Positions 51,587 to 61,388 of a stretch of 64,000 nucleotides of DNA are shown here, piece after piece; positions within the stretch are counted from its first letter, which is position 1; the number at the start of each line of letters is the position of its first letter. A model generated the notes under the pieces. The model had not been told where the DNA came from, did no database searches, and worked only from the letters and a program-made list of their open reading frames with translations. The position numbers were made by a program, and so were the translations under genes. Origin of the DNA: Escherichia phage HX01; the sequence record NC_018855.1. One strand, 5' to 3'.

Positions 51587-52335
51587 TTTTTATGGTCCTT
51601 TTCTACTAATGTTAAAGCAATACCACGTTCAACAGGAATCATTTGCATAATAGAATCCAATGTGTATTGACTCTTTACTAGTGAATGGTTTATCTGATAG
51701 AATGTAAAAATCTCATCAGGGTTAACTAACAATTTAAAAACCTCTAAGATATCAGTATATGTTTTAACATGACGTTCACAACAACCTAATCTAAGGGTCA
51801 AATTAATAGGGTTCATAGAAGCAATAACCTTCTCGAGAGAGTCAATGTCTATTGCTTCTATTACTTGGATTTGGTTCTCTTCAGTCAAATCATTCCATGG
51901 GTACCATTCATCATTATAATATATTTCTTTTATGTTTTCACTTATCATTAATGCTTTATTATCATAAAACTTTTCAGGGAAAGAAAAACGTATTTTTATA
52001 CCAGCAACATCAAGTTCAGGTTCGACTAGTTCTTTTTGATATATCTCAAATGGTGCAGTTTTTTCTTTAGAGCATTTAGGGCAAGTGAAAATAACGGGAA
52101 CTTTTGTTTTGCCTATAGAGCCTGCAAAAACTTGCAGGAATATAAATGGTTGCCATGTTTTAGGGTACTCGCCAAAATAATCATCAATCAGATCGGCAAT
52201 TATTTCTTTTTGTTCTTGTGGCGAACGATGTTCGATATCATTTCTAACTAGTAAAAAGTCTCTATAATCCGCCACGGTGAACGGCTTGAAACGATGAACA
52301 CCATCCGGTAATTTACAACGAATTATATTAGCCAT
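51583..52335 (-). CDS. 51: baseplate hub assembly catalyst gp51
   Basis: 250 aa (T4 gp51 249 aa); late promoter upstream. Confidence 0.85.
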   Translation of the reverse strand: MANIIRCKLPDGVHRFKPFTVADYRDFLLVRNDIEHRSPQEQKEIIADLIDDYFGEYPKTWQPFIFLQVFAGSIGKTKVPVIFTCPKCSKEKTAPFEIYQKELVEPELDVAGIKIRFSFPEKFYDNKALMISENIKEIYYNDEWYPWNDLTEENQIQVIEAIDIDSLEKVIASMNPINLTLRLGCCERHVKTYTDILEVFKLLVNPDEIFTFYQINHSLVKSQYTLDSIMQMIPVERGIALTLVEKDHKK

Positions 52336-52352
52336 AATTACTCCTTTTCTAT

Positions 52353-52360
52353 TATTTATA
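52353..52360 (-). promoter_or_regulatory. late promoter (TATAAATA) for gene 51
   Basis: Reverse complement of TATTTATA; overlaps the divergent gene 26 promoter. Confidence 0.6.
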
Positions 52361-52364
52361 AATA
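52357..52364 (+). promoter_or_regulatory. late promoter (TATAAATA) for genes 26-25
   Basis: TATAAATA about 18 nt upstream of AAGGAG RBS of gene 26. Confidence 0.65.
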
Positions 52365-52382
52365 CACAATAAAGGAGTTAAC

Positions 52383-53009
52383 ATGTACAAATATACGTTT
52401 ACCGTACGTTTAGGCGATAAAGAAGTGAATTGTAGAGCCTTTACTTTAAAAGAATATTTAGGACTCATAGGTGCGCGGGCTACCGGTACTATTGAATCAG
52501 CAGTGAACAATATTATCACTAATTGCTCTAACGCTAAAAACTTGACTAAACAAGAAGCCGAGTTATTGTTGGTAAATCTATGGGCACATTCGTTAGGTGA
52601 AGTGAATCAAGAACACACCTGGAATTGTTCCTGTGGGCATTCATTTCAAGTCTATATGAATTTATTGCACACTCAATTGGATGAACAGGCCGACCCCTGG
52701 TATTCGTTTAATGGTATTAAAATTAAGTTCCGACAACCTAAATTATTTGACGATAAAAATATCGCATTAATGATTGCTTCATGTATTGAGGCCGTTTTTG
52801 TCAATGGAGAGTCCATCCCTGTTGAAGATTTAACTGAAGCAGAAATAAACGACCTTTACGGCCTTATAACAGAAGATGACATGATCAATATTAAAAATCT
52901 TTTGGTATCGCCATCAATTTATCTGGCAACCCCTATTAAATGTCCCAAATGTGGGGCGTCACACGTTCACACAATACGAGGCCTCAAAGAATTCTTTGAG
53001 TTACTATAA
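52383..53009 (+). CDS. 26: baseplate hub subunit gp26
   Basis: 208 aa, same as T4 gp26; late promoter and AAGGAG RBS. Confidence 0.85.
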   Translation: MYKYTFTVRLGDKEVNCRAFTLKEYLGLIGARATGTIESAVNNIITNCSNAKNLTKQEAELLLVNLWAHSLGEVNQEHTWNCSCGHSFQVYMNLLHTQLDEQADPWYSFNGIKIKFRQPKLFDDKNIALMIASCIEAVFVNGESIPVEDLTEAEINDLYGLITEDDMINIKNLLVSPSIYLATPIKCPKCGASHVHTIRGLKEFFELL

Positions 53010-53407
53010 TGTCTAATATCAATAAACTTTATTCAGATATCGACCCAGAAATGCGTATGGATTGGAACAAGGACGTTGCTCGTTCTGTAGGACTTCGTTC
53101 TATTAAAAATAGTCTTCTTGGCATAGTGACAACTAGAAAAGGCTCACGCCCCTTCGACCCTGAATTTGGATGCGATTTGGTCGACGAACTTTTCGAGAAC
53201 ATGACACCACTTACAGCCGATACGATTGAGCGTAATATCCAGGCAGCCGTCCGTAACTATGAGCCGCGCATCGACAAACTTTCTGTAAGTGTAACGCCAG
53301 TATATGATGACTATACAGTTATAGTAGAGATTAGATTTTCGGTCGTAGATAACCCTGATGATATCGAACAAATCAAACTTCAGTTAGCATCAAGCAATAG
53401 AGTGTAA
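53009..53407 (+). CDS. 25: baseplate wedge protein gp25
   Basis: 132 aa, same as T4 gp25; start overlaps gp26 stop. Confidence 0.9.
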   Translation: MSNINKLYSDIDPEMRMDWNKDVARSVGLRSIKNSLLGIVTTRKGSRPFDPEFGCDLVDELFENMTPLTADTIERNIQAAVRNYEPRIDKLSVSVTPVYDDYTVIVEIRFSVVDNPDDIEQIKLQLASSNRV

Positions 53408-53487
53408 TGCTTCAAGGCAACCTATGTATAATGGTTTTAGGTCCTTCCGATACAGCCGGGAGATTATTAGTTAAAAGAGAGAATATT

Positions 53488-53901
53488 ATGAAGCTGGAAG
53501 ATTTACAGGAAGAGTTAGACGCAGACTTAGCTATTGATACGACAAAGTTGCAATATGAGACGGCGAATAATGTTAAGTTATACAGCAAATGGCTACGTAA
53601 GCACTCATTTATTCGTAAAGAAATGTTGCGTATAGAGACTCAGAAGAAAACTGCTCTAAAAGCAAGATTAGACTACTACTCGGGACGAGGTGACGGTGAT
53701 GAATTCAGTATGGACCGATACGAGAAATCTGAAATGAAAACTGTCCTGGCTGCAGATAAAGATGTGCTTAAAATAGAGACTACTTTACAATACTGGGGAA
53801 TTTTACTTGAGTTCTGTAGTGGTGCACTTGACGCAGTTAAGTCTCGTAGTTTTGCACTTAAACATATCCAGGATATGCGAGAATTTGAAGCGGGGCAATA
53901 A
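53488..53901 (+). CDS. uvsY: recombination mediator UvsY
   Basis: ATG at 53488 gives 138 aa (T4 UvsY 137 aa) beginning MKLEDLQEELDADL; track ORF start at 53407 is an upstream in-frame extension. Confidence 0.9.
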   Translation: MKLEDLQEELDADLAIDTTKLQYETANNVKLYSKWLRKHSFIRKEMLRIETQKKTALKARLDYYSGRGDGDEFSMDRYEKSEMKTVLAADKDVLKIETTLQYWGILLEFCSGALDAVKSRSFALKHIQDMREFEAGQ

Positions 53902-54125
53902 TGCGTTATTCAATTGAAGATGCCTTTAATAATGATGAAGAATTTGAAACTGAAATTAAATTCTTAATGGAAAAGTATCGTCTGCGTCGCCAGGATATTC
54001 GTATTCTGGCAGACCATCCTTGTGGCGAAGACGTCCTTTATATTAAAGGGAAGTTTGCCGGGTACATCGACGAGTATTTTTATACAAAAGATATGGGTAT
54101 CGATATGTGCATGCGAATGGTATAA
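53901..54125 (+). CDS. hypothetical protein (74 aa; uvsY.-1 position)
   Basis: ORF overlapping uvsY stop. Confidence 0.5.
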   Translation: MRYSIEDAFNNDEEFETEIKFLMEKYRLRRQDIRILADHPCGEDVLYIKGKFAGYIDEYFYTKDMGIDMCMRMV

Positions 54126-54128
54126 ATA
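54121..54128 (+). promoter_or_regulatory. late promoter (TATAAATA) for small Cys ORF
   Basis: TATAAATA at end of upstream ORF; AGGAGG RBS follows. Confidence 0.5.
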
Positions 54129-54157
54129 GATATGTAATTTCAACTTAGGAGGCAATC

Positions 54158-54325
54158 ATGTCAGATAAGATTTGTGTTGTCTGTAAAACTCCAATCGATT
54201 CTGCATTGGTTGTTGAAACAGACAAAGGTCCAGCACATCCTGGTCCTTGTTATAATTATGTCCAACAATTACCGGTTTCAGAAAGTTCAGAAGAGCAATT
54301 GAACGAAACCCAACTTTTACTATAG
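54158..54325 (+). CDS. small Cys-containing protein (55 aa), not in ORF track
   Basis: ATG at 54158 with AGGAGG RBS and TATAAATA late promoter 30 nt upstream; product contains CVVC and PGPC. Confidence 0.45.
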   Translation: MSDKICVVCKTPIDSALVVETDKGPAHPGPCYNYVQQLPVSESSEEQLNETQLLL

Positions 54326-54381
54326 TGTTACCTTTTTTGCCTATGGTTTTGGCCCTTCCAAAAAGGTCGGGCCTTTTTTAA

Positions 54382-54615
54382 TTAGAAGTCTTCTTCCTCA
54401 TCCTCATCATCGTCGCCTTCAAGTTCGGCACGCTTACCTGCTAAGGCATCCCTGACAGAAATATCATCTGTATCTTTTAATTCCGTTTCTTTTATACGTT
54501 TCTTATAATAAGCTTCCAATTCTTCAAGCCCTTCTAAGGTATGACAACTAGCAATTTTACCCATGAATTCGTCAATAGATGCTTCGTATAAAAATTGTTT
54601 AAATTCAAGTACCAT
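54382..54615 (-). CDS. acidic small protein (UvsW.1 position)
   Basis: 77 aa ORF immediately downstream of uvsW on the same strand; acidic C-terminus. Confidence 0.55.
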   Translation of the reverse strand: MVLEFKQFLYEASIDEFMGKIASCHTLEGLEELEAYYKKRIKETELKDTDDISVRDALAGKRAELEGDDDEDEEEDF

Positions 54616-54640
54616 TTTTATCTCCTAAGGGCCGAAGCCC

Positions 54641-56155
54641 TTATAAATTAATTGTTTTCATTACATAGTTAAATTTCTCATCAGCGTAACGTTGGATACG
54701 ATCAATACCGTGTTTTAACAAGTAATTAAGATGAGTATACTTCTTTTTAGTATTTAATGATTTAGGTTTTACACCTGCGTCATCGATTAGATCCCAAACT
54801 GTGGCAACAGCTTTAGAACCATGCTTACGAAGCACGCGACCTACGGTTTGAAGTACGATAATTTTTGATTTAACACCATGGGCAAAAATAACATGATGAA
54901 GATTCTTGACTGAAATACCAGTAGAGAATACTCCATATGATGCGACAATAATAATGCCTTTACCATTTTCTGCCATGACTTTAAGCGCGTTACGTGTTTC
55001 AGTATCAACTTCACCTGATACGTAATAAACTTTTTCGTATCCAAGCTCTTTAATAGCTTCAAATATTTCTTTACCGTGTGTAACGTGTTTAAACATTACA
55101 AAGGCGTTCTCGTCTTTCTTAGCCAATTTGACTGAAAGTTGAGCAATCCACTTTGTACGTCGTTTTAGTCCGGTAATAATTTTAACTTCTTCTTGGTATG
55201 TTTTACCTTTTAATTTAACAGTGAATTCGTCCGGATAACGAAGGAAAATACTATTAATCTTAAGCTCAGTTACTTGTCCGTCTTCCATTAATTTAGACGT
55301 GCTAACAGGACGGAAGATTTCGCCGAACATACCTACGTACTGCATTACATTGGCTTTTCCGTCTCTTAATGAGCCGGATAAACCGAATTTAAACATGCAA
55401 TTATTTAATCCTGAGATGATTGAAGAAATACTTTTGCCTGTTGCTAAGTGGCATTCATCATTCATCATCATACCGAACTGAGAGAACCATTCTTTAGGCT
55501 GCTTAACTACCGTTTGCCATGTGCCAACAATAATTGGAGCGTCGTTTTTAGCTCTGTCTGCTTTATCGGCACCACCGCCAATTTTCTTAATCATCGAATG
55601 ACTAAACAAGCGATAATCAACAAAATCATTAGCCATCTGGGTTGTCAATGCTGTTGTAGGGACGATAATGAGAATTTTACCTTCATAGTTCTCTAGATAA
55701 TATCGAGCTAAAAGTGCTTGGATTAGTGATTTACCTGCTGATGTCGGAAGGTTTAAAATTCGACGACGATTAACTAGTCCTTCATATACTGCATCTTTTT
55801 GATACCAATGTGGTTCAATTTTGGCGTTGCCCGAATAAATCTCTTGTTTAGAAAGCCATGCGTCAAAATCTTCCCTGGTAAGGTCTTCGGTCTCAAAGAT
55901 TTTAGGGTCAATCCATACAGAATAACTCATATTGTTACAGAACTTTTTTATTTGTCCTACAAGTCCATATGGTAACAAACGGTTGTAATCTAAAAGACGA
56001 ATTCTACCATCCCATTGCCCATAGCGATATTTTGGGTTAAATTTATACCCGTCAGCTTCAAAGCTAAAAAAGTCACGAAGTTCGTAAAACGTACTTTCGT
56101 CGCATTCAATGCGCACGTGACTAAAATCATAAAAATGTACTTTAATGTCAGTCAT
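54641..56155 (-). CDS. uvsW: ATP-dependent DNA/RNA helicase UvsW (SF2)
   Basis: 504 aa; Walker A LNLPTSAGKS and DExH-type MMMNDECHLA; late promoter upstream. Confidence 0.95.
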   Translation of the reverse strand: MTDIKVHFYDFSHVRIECDESTFYELRDFFSFEADGYKFNPKYRYGQWDGRIRLLDYNRLLPYGLVGQIKKFCNNMSYSVWIDPKIFETEDLTREDFDAWLSKQEIYSGNAKIEPHWYQKDAVYEGLVNRRRILNLPTSAGKSLIQALLARYYLENYEGKILIIVPTTALTTQMANDFVDYRLFSHSMIKKIGGGADKADRAKNDAPIIVGTWQTVVKQPKEWFSQFGMMMNDECHLATGKSISSIISGLNNCMFKFGLSGSLRDGKANVMQYVGMFGEIFRPVSTSKLMEDGQVTELKINSIFLRYPDEFTVKLKGKTYQEEVKIITGLKRRTKWIAQLSVKLAKKDENAFVMFKHVTHGKEIFEAIKELGYEKVYYVSGEVDTETRNALKVMAENGKGIIIVASYGVFSTGISVKNLHHVIFAHGVKSKIIVLQTVGRVLRKHGSKAVATVWDLIDDAGVKPKSLNTKKKYTHLNYLLKHGIDRIQRYADEKFNYVMKTINL

Positions 56156-56184
56156 GTCAAATTACCATGTAATAAATATAGTTA

Positions 56185-56192
56185 TATTTATA
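56185..56192 (-). promoter_or_regulatory. late promoter (TATAAATA) for uvsW
   Basis: Reverse complement of TATTTATA about 30 nt upstream of uvsW start. Confidence 0.55.
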
Positions 56193-56205
56193 ATGAGGAA
56201 ATACC

Positions 56206-56874
56206 ATGATCGATAAAGACTATATTGAAGAGTTACGTGCTCTTTCTGATAAAAAGGAAGCCAAAGCTAAACTGTTTGAATATGCGGAACAATTTGGTAT
56301 TAGTGTTAAGAAAACAAAATCATTCGATAATATTGTTATTGACATCGAAGAAGCTCTTAACGCACTGGCTGATGAACCATTACCTGAAACTGATGGATTA
56401 TCTATCACCGATTTAATTACTGCCGCAGATGATGTGGACGGTGTTAATTTCACCAACGAAGAAGTTAAAGAAGAAGCTATTCTGCTGTTTGATTCTCCAA
56501 CAGAACAAGTTGAAGTATTAGAAGTTGTCGAACAAGAAATAGAATTCGACCATGATAAATTTGAAGAAGCAATTACTCAGGTTGTTGAATCTGAAAAAGA
56601 GCCTGAGCCAGAAGTAAATAAAGAAGTAAAATTTGTTCTGCCTGAAAATTTTAGTCCTACACTCATTAAATTAGGCAAAGGCCCAGGGTATGTTACTGTT
56701 CCTTGGTGGATTTATCAATGGATAGCCGAAACACCTGATTGGAAATCTCGCCCAACCAGTTTTGAACATGCGTCGGCACACCAAACATTATTTAGCTTAA
56801 TTTATTATATTAATCGCGATGGATCAGTTCTAATTCGCGAAACTCGTAATTCTTCTTTCGTAACATTAAAATAA
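56206..56874 (+). CDS. inh: acidic protein in the Inh (prohead protease inhibitor) position
   Basis: 222 aa ORF between uvsW and hoc as in T4; assignment by synteny. Confidence 0.55.
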   Translation: MIDKDYIEELRALSDKKEAKAKLFEYAEQFGISVKKTKSFDNIVIDIEEALNALADEPLPETDGLSITDLITAADDVDGVNFTNEEVKEEAILLFDSPTEQVEVLEVVEQEIEFDHDKFEEAITQVVESEKEPEPEVNKEVKFVLPENFSPTLIKLGKGPGYVTVPWWIYQWIAETPDWKSRPTSFEHASAHQTLFSLIYYINRDGSVLIRETRNSSFVTLK

Positions 56875-56883
56875 GGATAACTT

Positions 56884-58014
56884 ATGGCTTTTACAGTTGA
56901 TATAACTCCTAAAACACCTACTGGGGTTATAGATGAGACTAAGCAGTTTACTGCTACTCCAAGTGGTGAAACTGGAGGTGGAACTATTACCTATGCATGG
57001 AGTGTAGACGATGCTCCTCAAGTAGGATCGGCAGAAACTTTTGATTACGTGTTAAAAGGACCTGCTGGAACAAAAACAATTAAAGTTGTTGCAACAAACA
57101 CAGTCCCAGATACTGATGCTGAAACAGCAGAAGCTACTACAACTATTACAGTCAAAAACAAAACTCAGACGACTACCTTAGCCGTAACTCCCAATAGTCC
57201 TCCAGCTGGAGTAATTGGAACAGCTGTTAAATTTACCGCTGCTTTGGCTTCGCAGCCTTCAGGTGCATCTGCTACGTATCAATGGTACGTTGACGGTTCT
57301 CCTGTGAGTGAAGCGACTAGCGCTACATTCAATTACGCTCCTGCCACAAGCGGAGTTAAAAAAATCAAGTGTGTAGCTCAAGTAACTGCAGCAAATTATG
57401 ATGCGCTGAGCGTTACTTCTAATGAAGTGTCACTGACAGTTAATAAGAAGACAATGAATCCACAGATTACATTGACTCCTCCTTCTATTAATGTCCAGCA
57501 AGATGCTTCGGCTACATTTACGGCTAATGTGACTGGTGCACCTGAACCGGCACAAATTACTTATTCATGGAAGAAAGATTCTTCTCCTGTAGAAGGATCA
57601 ACTAATGTATATACTGTTGATACTTCATCTGTTGGAAGTCAAACTATTGAAGTGACTGCAACTGTTACTGCAACTGATTATGATAGCAAAACTATTACAG
57701 CAGAAGGTCAAGTTCAGGTAACTGATAAAGTTGCTCCAGAACCAGAAGGTGAACTACCTTATGTTCATCCTCTTCCACATCGTACTTCAGCTTACATCTG
57801 GTGCGGTTGGTGGGTTATGGATGAAATACAAAAAATGACTGAAGAAGGTAAAGATTGGAAAACTGAAGATCCGGATAGTAAGTATTACTTGCATCGTTAT
57901 ACGCTTCAGAAGATGATGAAAGATTATCCAGAAGTTGATGTTCAAGAATCACGTAATGGATACATCATTCATAAAACTGCTTTAGAAACTGGTATCATCT
58001 ATACCTATCCATAA
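56884..58014 (+). CDS. hoc: highly immunogenic outer capsid protein Hoc (Ig-like domains)
   Basis: 376 aa, same as T4 Hoc; repeated Thr/Val-rich Ig-like modules. Confidence 0.85.
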   Translation: MAFTVDITPKTPTGVIDETKQFTATPSGETGGGTITYAWSVDDAPQVGSAETFDYVLKGPAGTKTIKVVATNTVPDTDAETAEATTTITVKNKTQTTTLAVTPNSPPAGVIGTAVKFTAALASQPSGASATYQWYVDGSPVSEATSATFNYAPATSGVKKIKCVAQVTAANYDALSVTSNEVSLTVNKKTMNPQITLTPPSINVQQDASATFTANVTGAPEPAQITYSWKKDSSPVEGSTNVYTVDTSSVGSQTIEVTATVTATDYDSKTITAEGQVQVTDKVAPEPEGELPYVHPLPHRTSAYIWCGWWVMDEIQKMTEEGKDWKTEDPDSKYYLHRYTLQKMMKDYPEVDVQESRNGYIIHKTALETGIIYTYP

Positions 58015-58020
58015 TCATAA

Positions 58021-58045
58021 GGGGCTTCGGTCCCTTTCTTCGTTT
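58021..58045 (+). terminator. hairpin terminator after hoc
   Basis: GGGGC-TTCG-GTCCC then TTTCTTCGTTTTT. Confidence 0.5.
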
Positions 58046-58102
58046 TTAAAGCATAAAAACACGACTTGAGATTGATGTATATAATGGCACCAACTCGATA
58101 AC

Positions 58103-58309
58103 ATGAGATTGATTATGAGAACTGAAGTTGAAGTTTATACATTACATGAGGCGGGATTTTCATTCGTAGAAATTGCTCAAAAAATCGGTTTACAACCTAA
58201 AGAAGTTGGATTACTATGGACTAAAGCCGAGACAGCTCGGTCAAAGTTTAAAGCAAAAGAAAAAGTTGTATACCGTAAACGTTTGATTAACAAAAAGGTG
58301 AAGAAATGA
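58103..58309 (+). CDS. small putative helix-turn-helix DNA-binding protein (68 aa)
   Basis: Segment EVYTLHEAGFSFVEIAQKIGLQPKEV resembles a sigma70 region-4 / LuxR-type HTH; basic C-terminus. Confidence 0.45.
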   Translation: MRLIMRTEVEVYTLHEAGFSFVEIAQKIGLQPKEVGLLWTKAETARSKFKAKEKVVYRKRLINKKVKK

Positions 58310-58557
58310 GTTTTGCACAGGAATTAAGAGAAAGGGCTCTGGCCACTAAAGCTAATTTGTTGAGTGATTTTATTACTAACTTCTCTGTGATGGCAGAGAA
58401 AGCTGCTGACAAAGGTCAGACACAATTCACGTACTATCCATCAAAGAATGATTTAACTATCACTGAGCAAGTTGGGCAGTGGTTACGTGATAACGGCTTT
58501 CAGTATAAAATTAATCACGACCAGCGTGATGGTCATTGGATAGAAATCAAGTTCTAA
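58306..58557 (+). CDS. hypothetical protein (83 aa)
   Basis: ORF overlapping upstream stop (ATGA). Confidence 0.5.
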   Translation: MSFAQELRERALATKANLLSDFITNFSVMAEKAADKGQTQFTYYPSKNDLTITEQVGQWLRDNGFQYKINHDQRDGHWIEIKF

Positions 58558-58559
58558 TA

Positions 58560-58585
58560 TGCTTTACATTTTTTGACGGTATAAT
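58560..58585 (+). promoter_or_regulatory. MotA-dependent middle promoter for rnlB
   Basis: MotA box TGCTTTA at 58560..58566, 13-nt spacer, TATAAT at 58580..58585. Confidence 0.5.
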
Positions 58586-58676
58586 GAATCTAGGTTCTAT
58601 CCATTCAAATTAAACATCTGGTCGGAGACAGAGTCTCTGCTAATTATTTTGATATTATTATTTATAATGGTGATTT

Positions 58677-59675
58677 ATGTTTAAGAAATACAGCAGTCTT
58701 GAAAACCACTACAACTCTAAGTTTATTGAAAAACTCTACACTAATGGTTTGACTACTGGTGTTTGGGTAGCACGTGAGAAAATCCATGGGACTAACTTCT
58801 CGTTAATAATTGAACGTGACAACGTCACATGCGCCAAGCGCACAGGCCCTATTCTTCCAGCAGAAGATTTTTATGGTTACGAAATCGTACTCAAGAAGTA
58901 TGATAAAGCTATTAAAGCCGTTCAGGAATTCATGTACACAGCTCGAGCCGTATCGTATCAAGTATTCGGTGAATTCGCCGGTTGTGGAATTCAGAAAGGT
59001 GTTGACTACGGTGAAAAAGATTTTTATGTGTTCGATATCCTTATCAATACAGAAAGTGGTGATAATACGTATTTGACCGATTACGAAATGCAAGATTTCT
59101 GTAATGAATTCGGTTTTAAAATGGCACCAATGCTTGGGCGTGGAACATTTGATTCTCTTATCATGATTCCAAATGACCTTGATTCCGTCTTAGCCGCTTA
59201 TAATGCTACTGCGTCAGAAGACCTTGTCGAAGCAAATAATTGCGTATTTGATGCTAATGTTATTGGCGATAATACGGCAGAAGGTTATGTTCTGAAGCCT
59301 TGTTTCCCTAAATGGCTGCCAAACGGTACTCGTGTAGCTATTAAGTGCAAGAACTCTAAATTCAGTGAAAAGAAAAAGTCTGATAAGCCTATTAAAACTC
59401 AGGTTCCATTAACCGAAATTGACAAAAACTTGCTTGATGTTCTAGCTTGTTATGTTACGTTAAATCGTGTTAATAATGTGATTTCTAAGATTGGGACTGT
59501 AACACCAAAAGATTTTGGCAAAGTGATGGGATTGACTGTTCAAGATATTCTGGAAGAAACTTCTCGTGAAGGTATTGTATTAACATCATCTGATAATCCG
59601 AATCTTGTTAAGAAAGAATTAGTCCGAATGGTGCAAGATGTTCTGCGTCCTGCATGGATTGAATTAGTATCATAA
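58677..59675 (+). CDS. rnlB: RNA ligase 2
   Basis: 332 aa (T4 Rnl2 334 aa); adenylation motif [10 protein letters not shown]; MotA-box middle promoter upstream. Confidence 0.9.
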   Translation: MFKKYSSLENHYNSKFIEKLYTNGLTTGVWVAREKIHGTNFSLIIERDNVTCAKRTGPILPAEDFYGYEIVLKKYDKAIKAVQEFMYTARAVSYQVFGEFAGCGIQKGVDYGEKDFYVFDILINTESGDNTYLTDYEMQDFCNEFGFKMAPMLGRGTFDSLIMIPNDLDSVLAAYNATASEDLVEANNCVFDANVIGDNTAEGYVLKPCFPKWLPNGTRVAIKCKNSKFSEKKKSDKPIKTQVPLTEIDKNLLDVLACYVTLNRVNNVISKIGTVTPKDFGKVMGLTVQDILEETSREGIVLTSSDNPNLVKKELVRMVQDVLRPAWIELVS

Positions 59676-59676
59676 C

Positions 59677-59708
59677 AAAAAAGGGACCGCAAGGTCCCTT
59701 TTTTTTTA
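59677..59708. terminator. bidirectional terminator between rnlB (+) and gene 24 (-)
   Basis: AAAAA GGGACC gcaa GGTCCC TTTTTTTTT. Confidence 0.8.
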
Positions 59709-60989
59709 TTCATCAATGATAATTTTTGGTAGTTTAACACCGAGTAAAACAGACAAGTCTGAACGTCCTGCCATTTTATCCATGTCCCCGCCATCAATTA
59801 TTCTCGCTTCTTTTTCATCTTTTGCTACTGTGTAAGGATTTGCTGATAAAGCATATCTAACCAATAATCCGATAGACGGTTGCAAGCTTTCTGGATCAAC
59901 TACAACTTTAAATGCACCAACATGTTCTGGGTCATCTAAATCTACTCCTTCAGTGTATGGAGCATAAAAGATGGACCCTACAATTTCTTTTTCGCCTATA
60001 TTTTCTACAACACCCACAATAACATAATCTAATGGGCTGTTGGTATCGCAGTAAAGAGGTAATCCATTTGCCAAGAATCCATAAGCATTTTGTGAAAGAT
60101 ACTTGTCATCTTCTGGCTTATGTTTTAACCAACCGGAAGCAGCAAGAATAGCAGCTGCACGAGCTGAGGCTACACAAAACGTTGCAGTATAAGTTGTCTC
60201 TTTTTGAATGTGTGATACCATTTCACACACCATTCGATATAATGAACGACCTGCTTCTGGAGCGGATGCATAGCTCAAGTCAATAAATCCAGTGTCAGTA
60301 ATTCCAGTAACTTTATAACGTTTCGATACAGTAATTAAAGACTGAAGAATATCTTTATTAATTTCATCTGCCATTTCAGTAGCAAGCAAATCTTCTAAGA
60401 AGTTAGGGGCATCAAATCCATTCGCTTCCAAATCTTGCGCTAATTCGACCGTGAGGCCAGTTTTAAGTTTACGTGATTTGACTGAAGTTTGCCATTTATT
60501 AATCTGGAATCTTGCATCAGAAATTTCGCTATCGGAGCTTTCAAATTTGCTTGTTACCGCTGCATCTGAAAATAACCGTACCTTTAAATGAACGACTGCA
60601 ATCTGAAGAGCTAGTTCTAGATCACTTTCTTGAATATCTGCAAATGGTGTATCTTCTAACACTTTATAGACGATATTATTATATTTGAAAAAATCACCTT
60701 TATTTAGTGTGACTTTTGATTCTTCTGTTAGCTCAGTAATTTTTTCTCGGTCTACATATCCAACTTCACCCGCATAAGTAGCGCCAGTTTTAAATGTGAA
60801 TTCGTTATCTGGGTTAAGATATTTGATACCATAAAAAGCAGCAACAGGTTGATTAGTTCTTTGTGTTGCTACAATGTCAGAATATATTAATTTAGTCGTA
60901 GCGCGAGTCAAAGCAACGAGATTTGGGCGACCAATTGAGTTGCTAGTAGACGTTGTAGATTCACGCAATAATTTTTGGATTTTACTCAT
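59706..60989 (-). CDS. 24: capsid vertex protein gp24
   Basis: 427 aa, same as T4 gp24; late promoter upstream. Confidence 0.9.
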   Translation of the reverse strand: MSKIQKLLRESTTSTSNSIGRPNLVALTRATTKLIYSDIVATQRTNQPVAAFYGIKYLNPDNEFTFKTGATYAGEVGYVDREKITELTEESKVTLNKGDFFKYNNIVYKVLEDTPFADIQESDLELALQIAVVHLKVRLFSDAAVTSKFESSDSEISDARFQINKWQTSVKSRKLKTGLTVELAQDLEANGFDAPNFLEDLLATEMADEINKDILQSLITVSKRYKVTGITDTGFIDLSYASAPEAGRSLYRMVCEMVSHIQKETTYTATFCVASARAAAILAASGWLKHKPEDDKYLSQNAYGFLANGLPLYCDTNSPLDYVIVGVVENIGEKEIVGSIFYAPYTEGVDLDDPEHVGAFKVVVDPESLQPSIGLLVRYALSANPYTVAKDEKEARIIDGGDMDKMAGRSDLSVLLGVKLPKIIIDE

Positions 60990-61016
60990 TGCATTTTTTC
61001 CTTATGTGATATAGAT

Positions 61017-61024
61017 TATTTATA
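61017..61024 (-). promoter_or_regulatory. late promoter (TATAAATA) for gene 24
   Basis: Reverse complement of TATTTATA about 28 nt upstream of gene 24 start. Confidence 0.65.
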
Positions 61025-61030
61025 AAGATT

Positions 61031-61062
61031 GTTTACAACGTATTTGGTATGTGATACTATAG
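61031..61062 (+). promoter_or_regulatory. early promoter driving ORF 61091..61360
   Basis: GTTTAC at 61031; GTATGTGATACTATAGAC; divergent from gene 24 late promoter. Confidence 0.55.
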
Positions 61063-61090
61063 ACTTATCAACTACAGAGGAGTAAACAAA

Positions 61091-61360
61091 ATGACTAAAG
61101 CACGTTTCTTACGAGATACTTTAAAAGTTCTAGAAGCTGAAGCAGTTAAGTTAGTAGAAAAATATGGTGCAAAAGTTAATGGTAATGCCTTCAACAAAGT
61201 ATGGATGAAAGTTGATTCTGAAGCTCGAGCTAAAGGTTATTGGGCCACTGATAAACTTGCATCATTCAAAAACAAAGACGGTTCTCTAGCATATGTCCAA
61301 GAAGGTATGCCTAATTGGCAAAATATTTTGAAAACTTACATCGAAATTGCACAGAAATAA
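61091..61360 (+). CDS. hypothetical early-type protein (89 aa) inserted between capsid genes 24 and 23
   Basis: ORF on the opposite strand to flanking late genes, with its own GTTTAC early promoter and GAGGAGTAAA RBS. Confidence 0.55.
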   Translation: MTKARFLRDTLKVLEAEAVKLVEKYGAKVNGNAFNKVWMKVDSEARAKGYWATDKLASFKNKDGSLAYVQEGMPNWQNILKTYIEIAQK

Positions 61361-61370
61361 AACCAAAAAT

Positions 61371-61388
61371 GGGAGACCGAAGTCTCCC
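61371..61388 (-). terminator. rho-independent terminator after gene 23
   Basis: On minus strand GGGAGAC-UUCG-GUCUCCC followed by AUUUUUGG. Confidence 0.75.

Noticed and set aside
53407-53901. Extended 164-aa uvsY starting at 53407
   Set aside because: The N-terminal 27 residues have no RBS and overlap the gp25 stop region; the UvsY-like sequence begins at MKLEDLQEEL (53488)
54628-54643. Hairpin AAGGGCCGAAGCCCTT between uvsW and the downstream small ORF as a terminator
   Set aside because: No U tract on either strand; more likely an intercistronic RNA structure, so not called as a terminator
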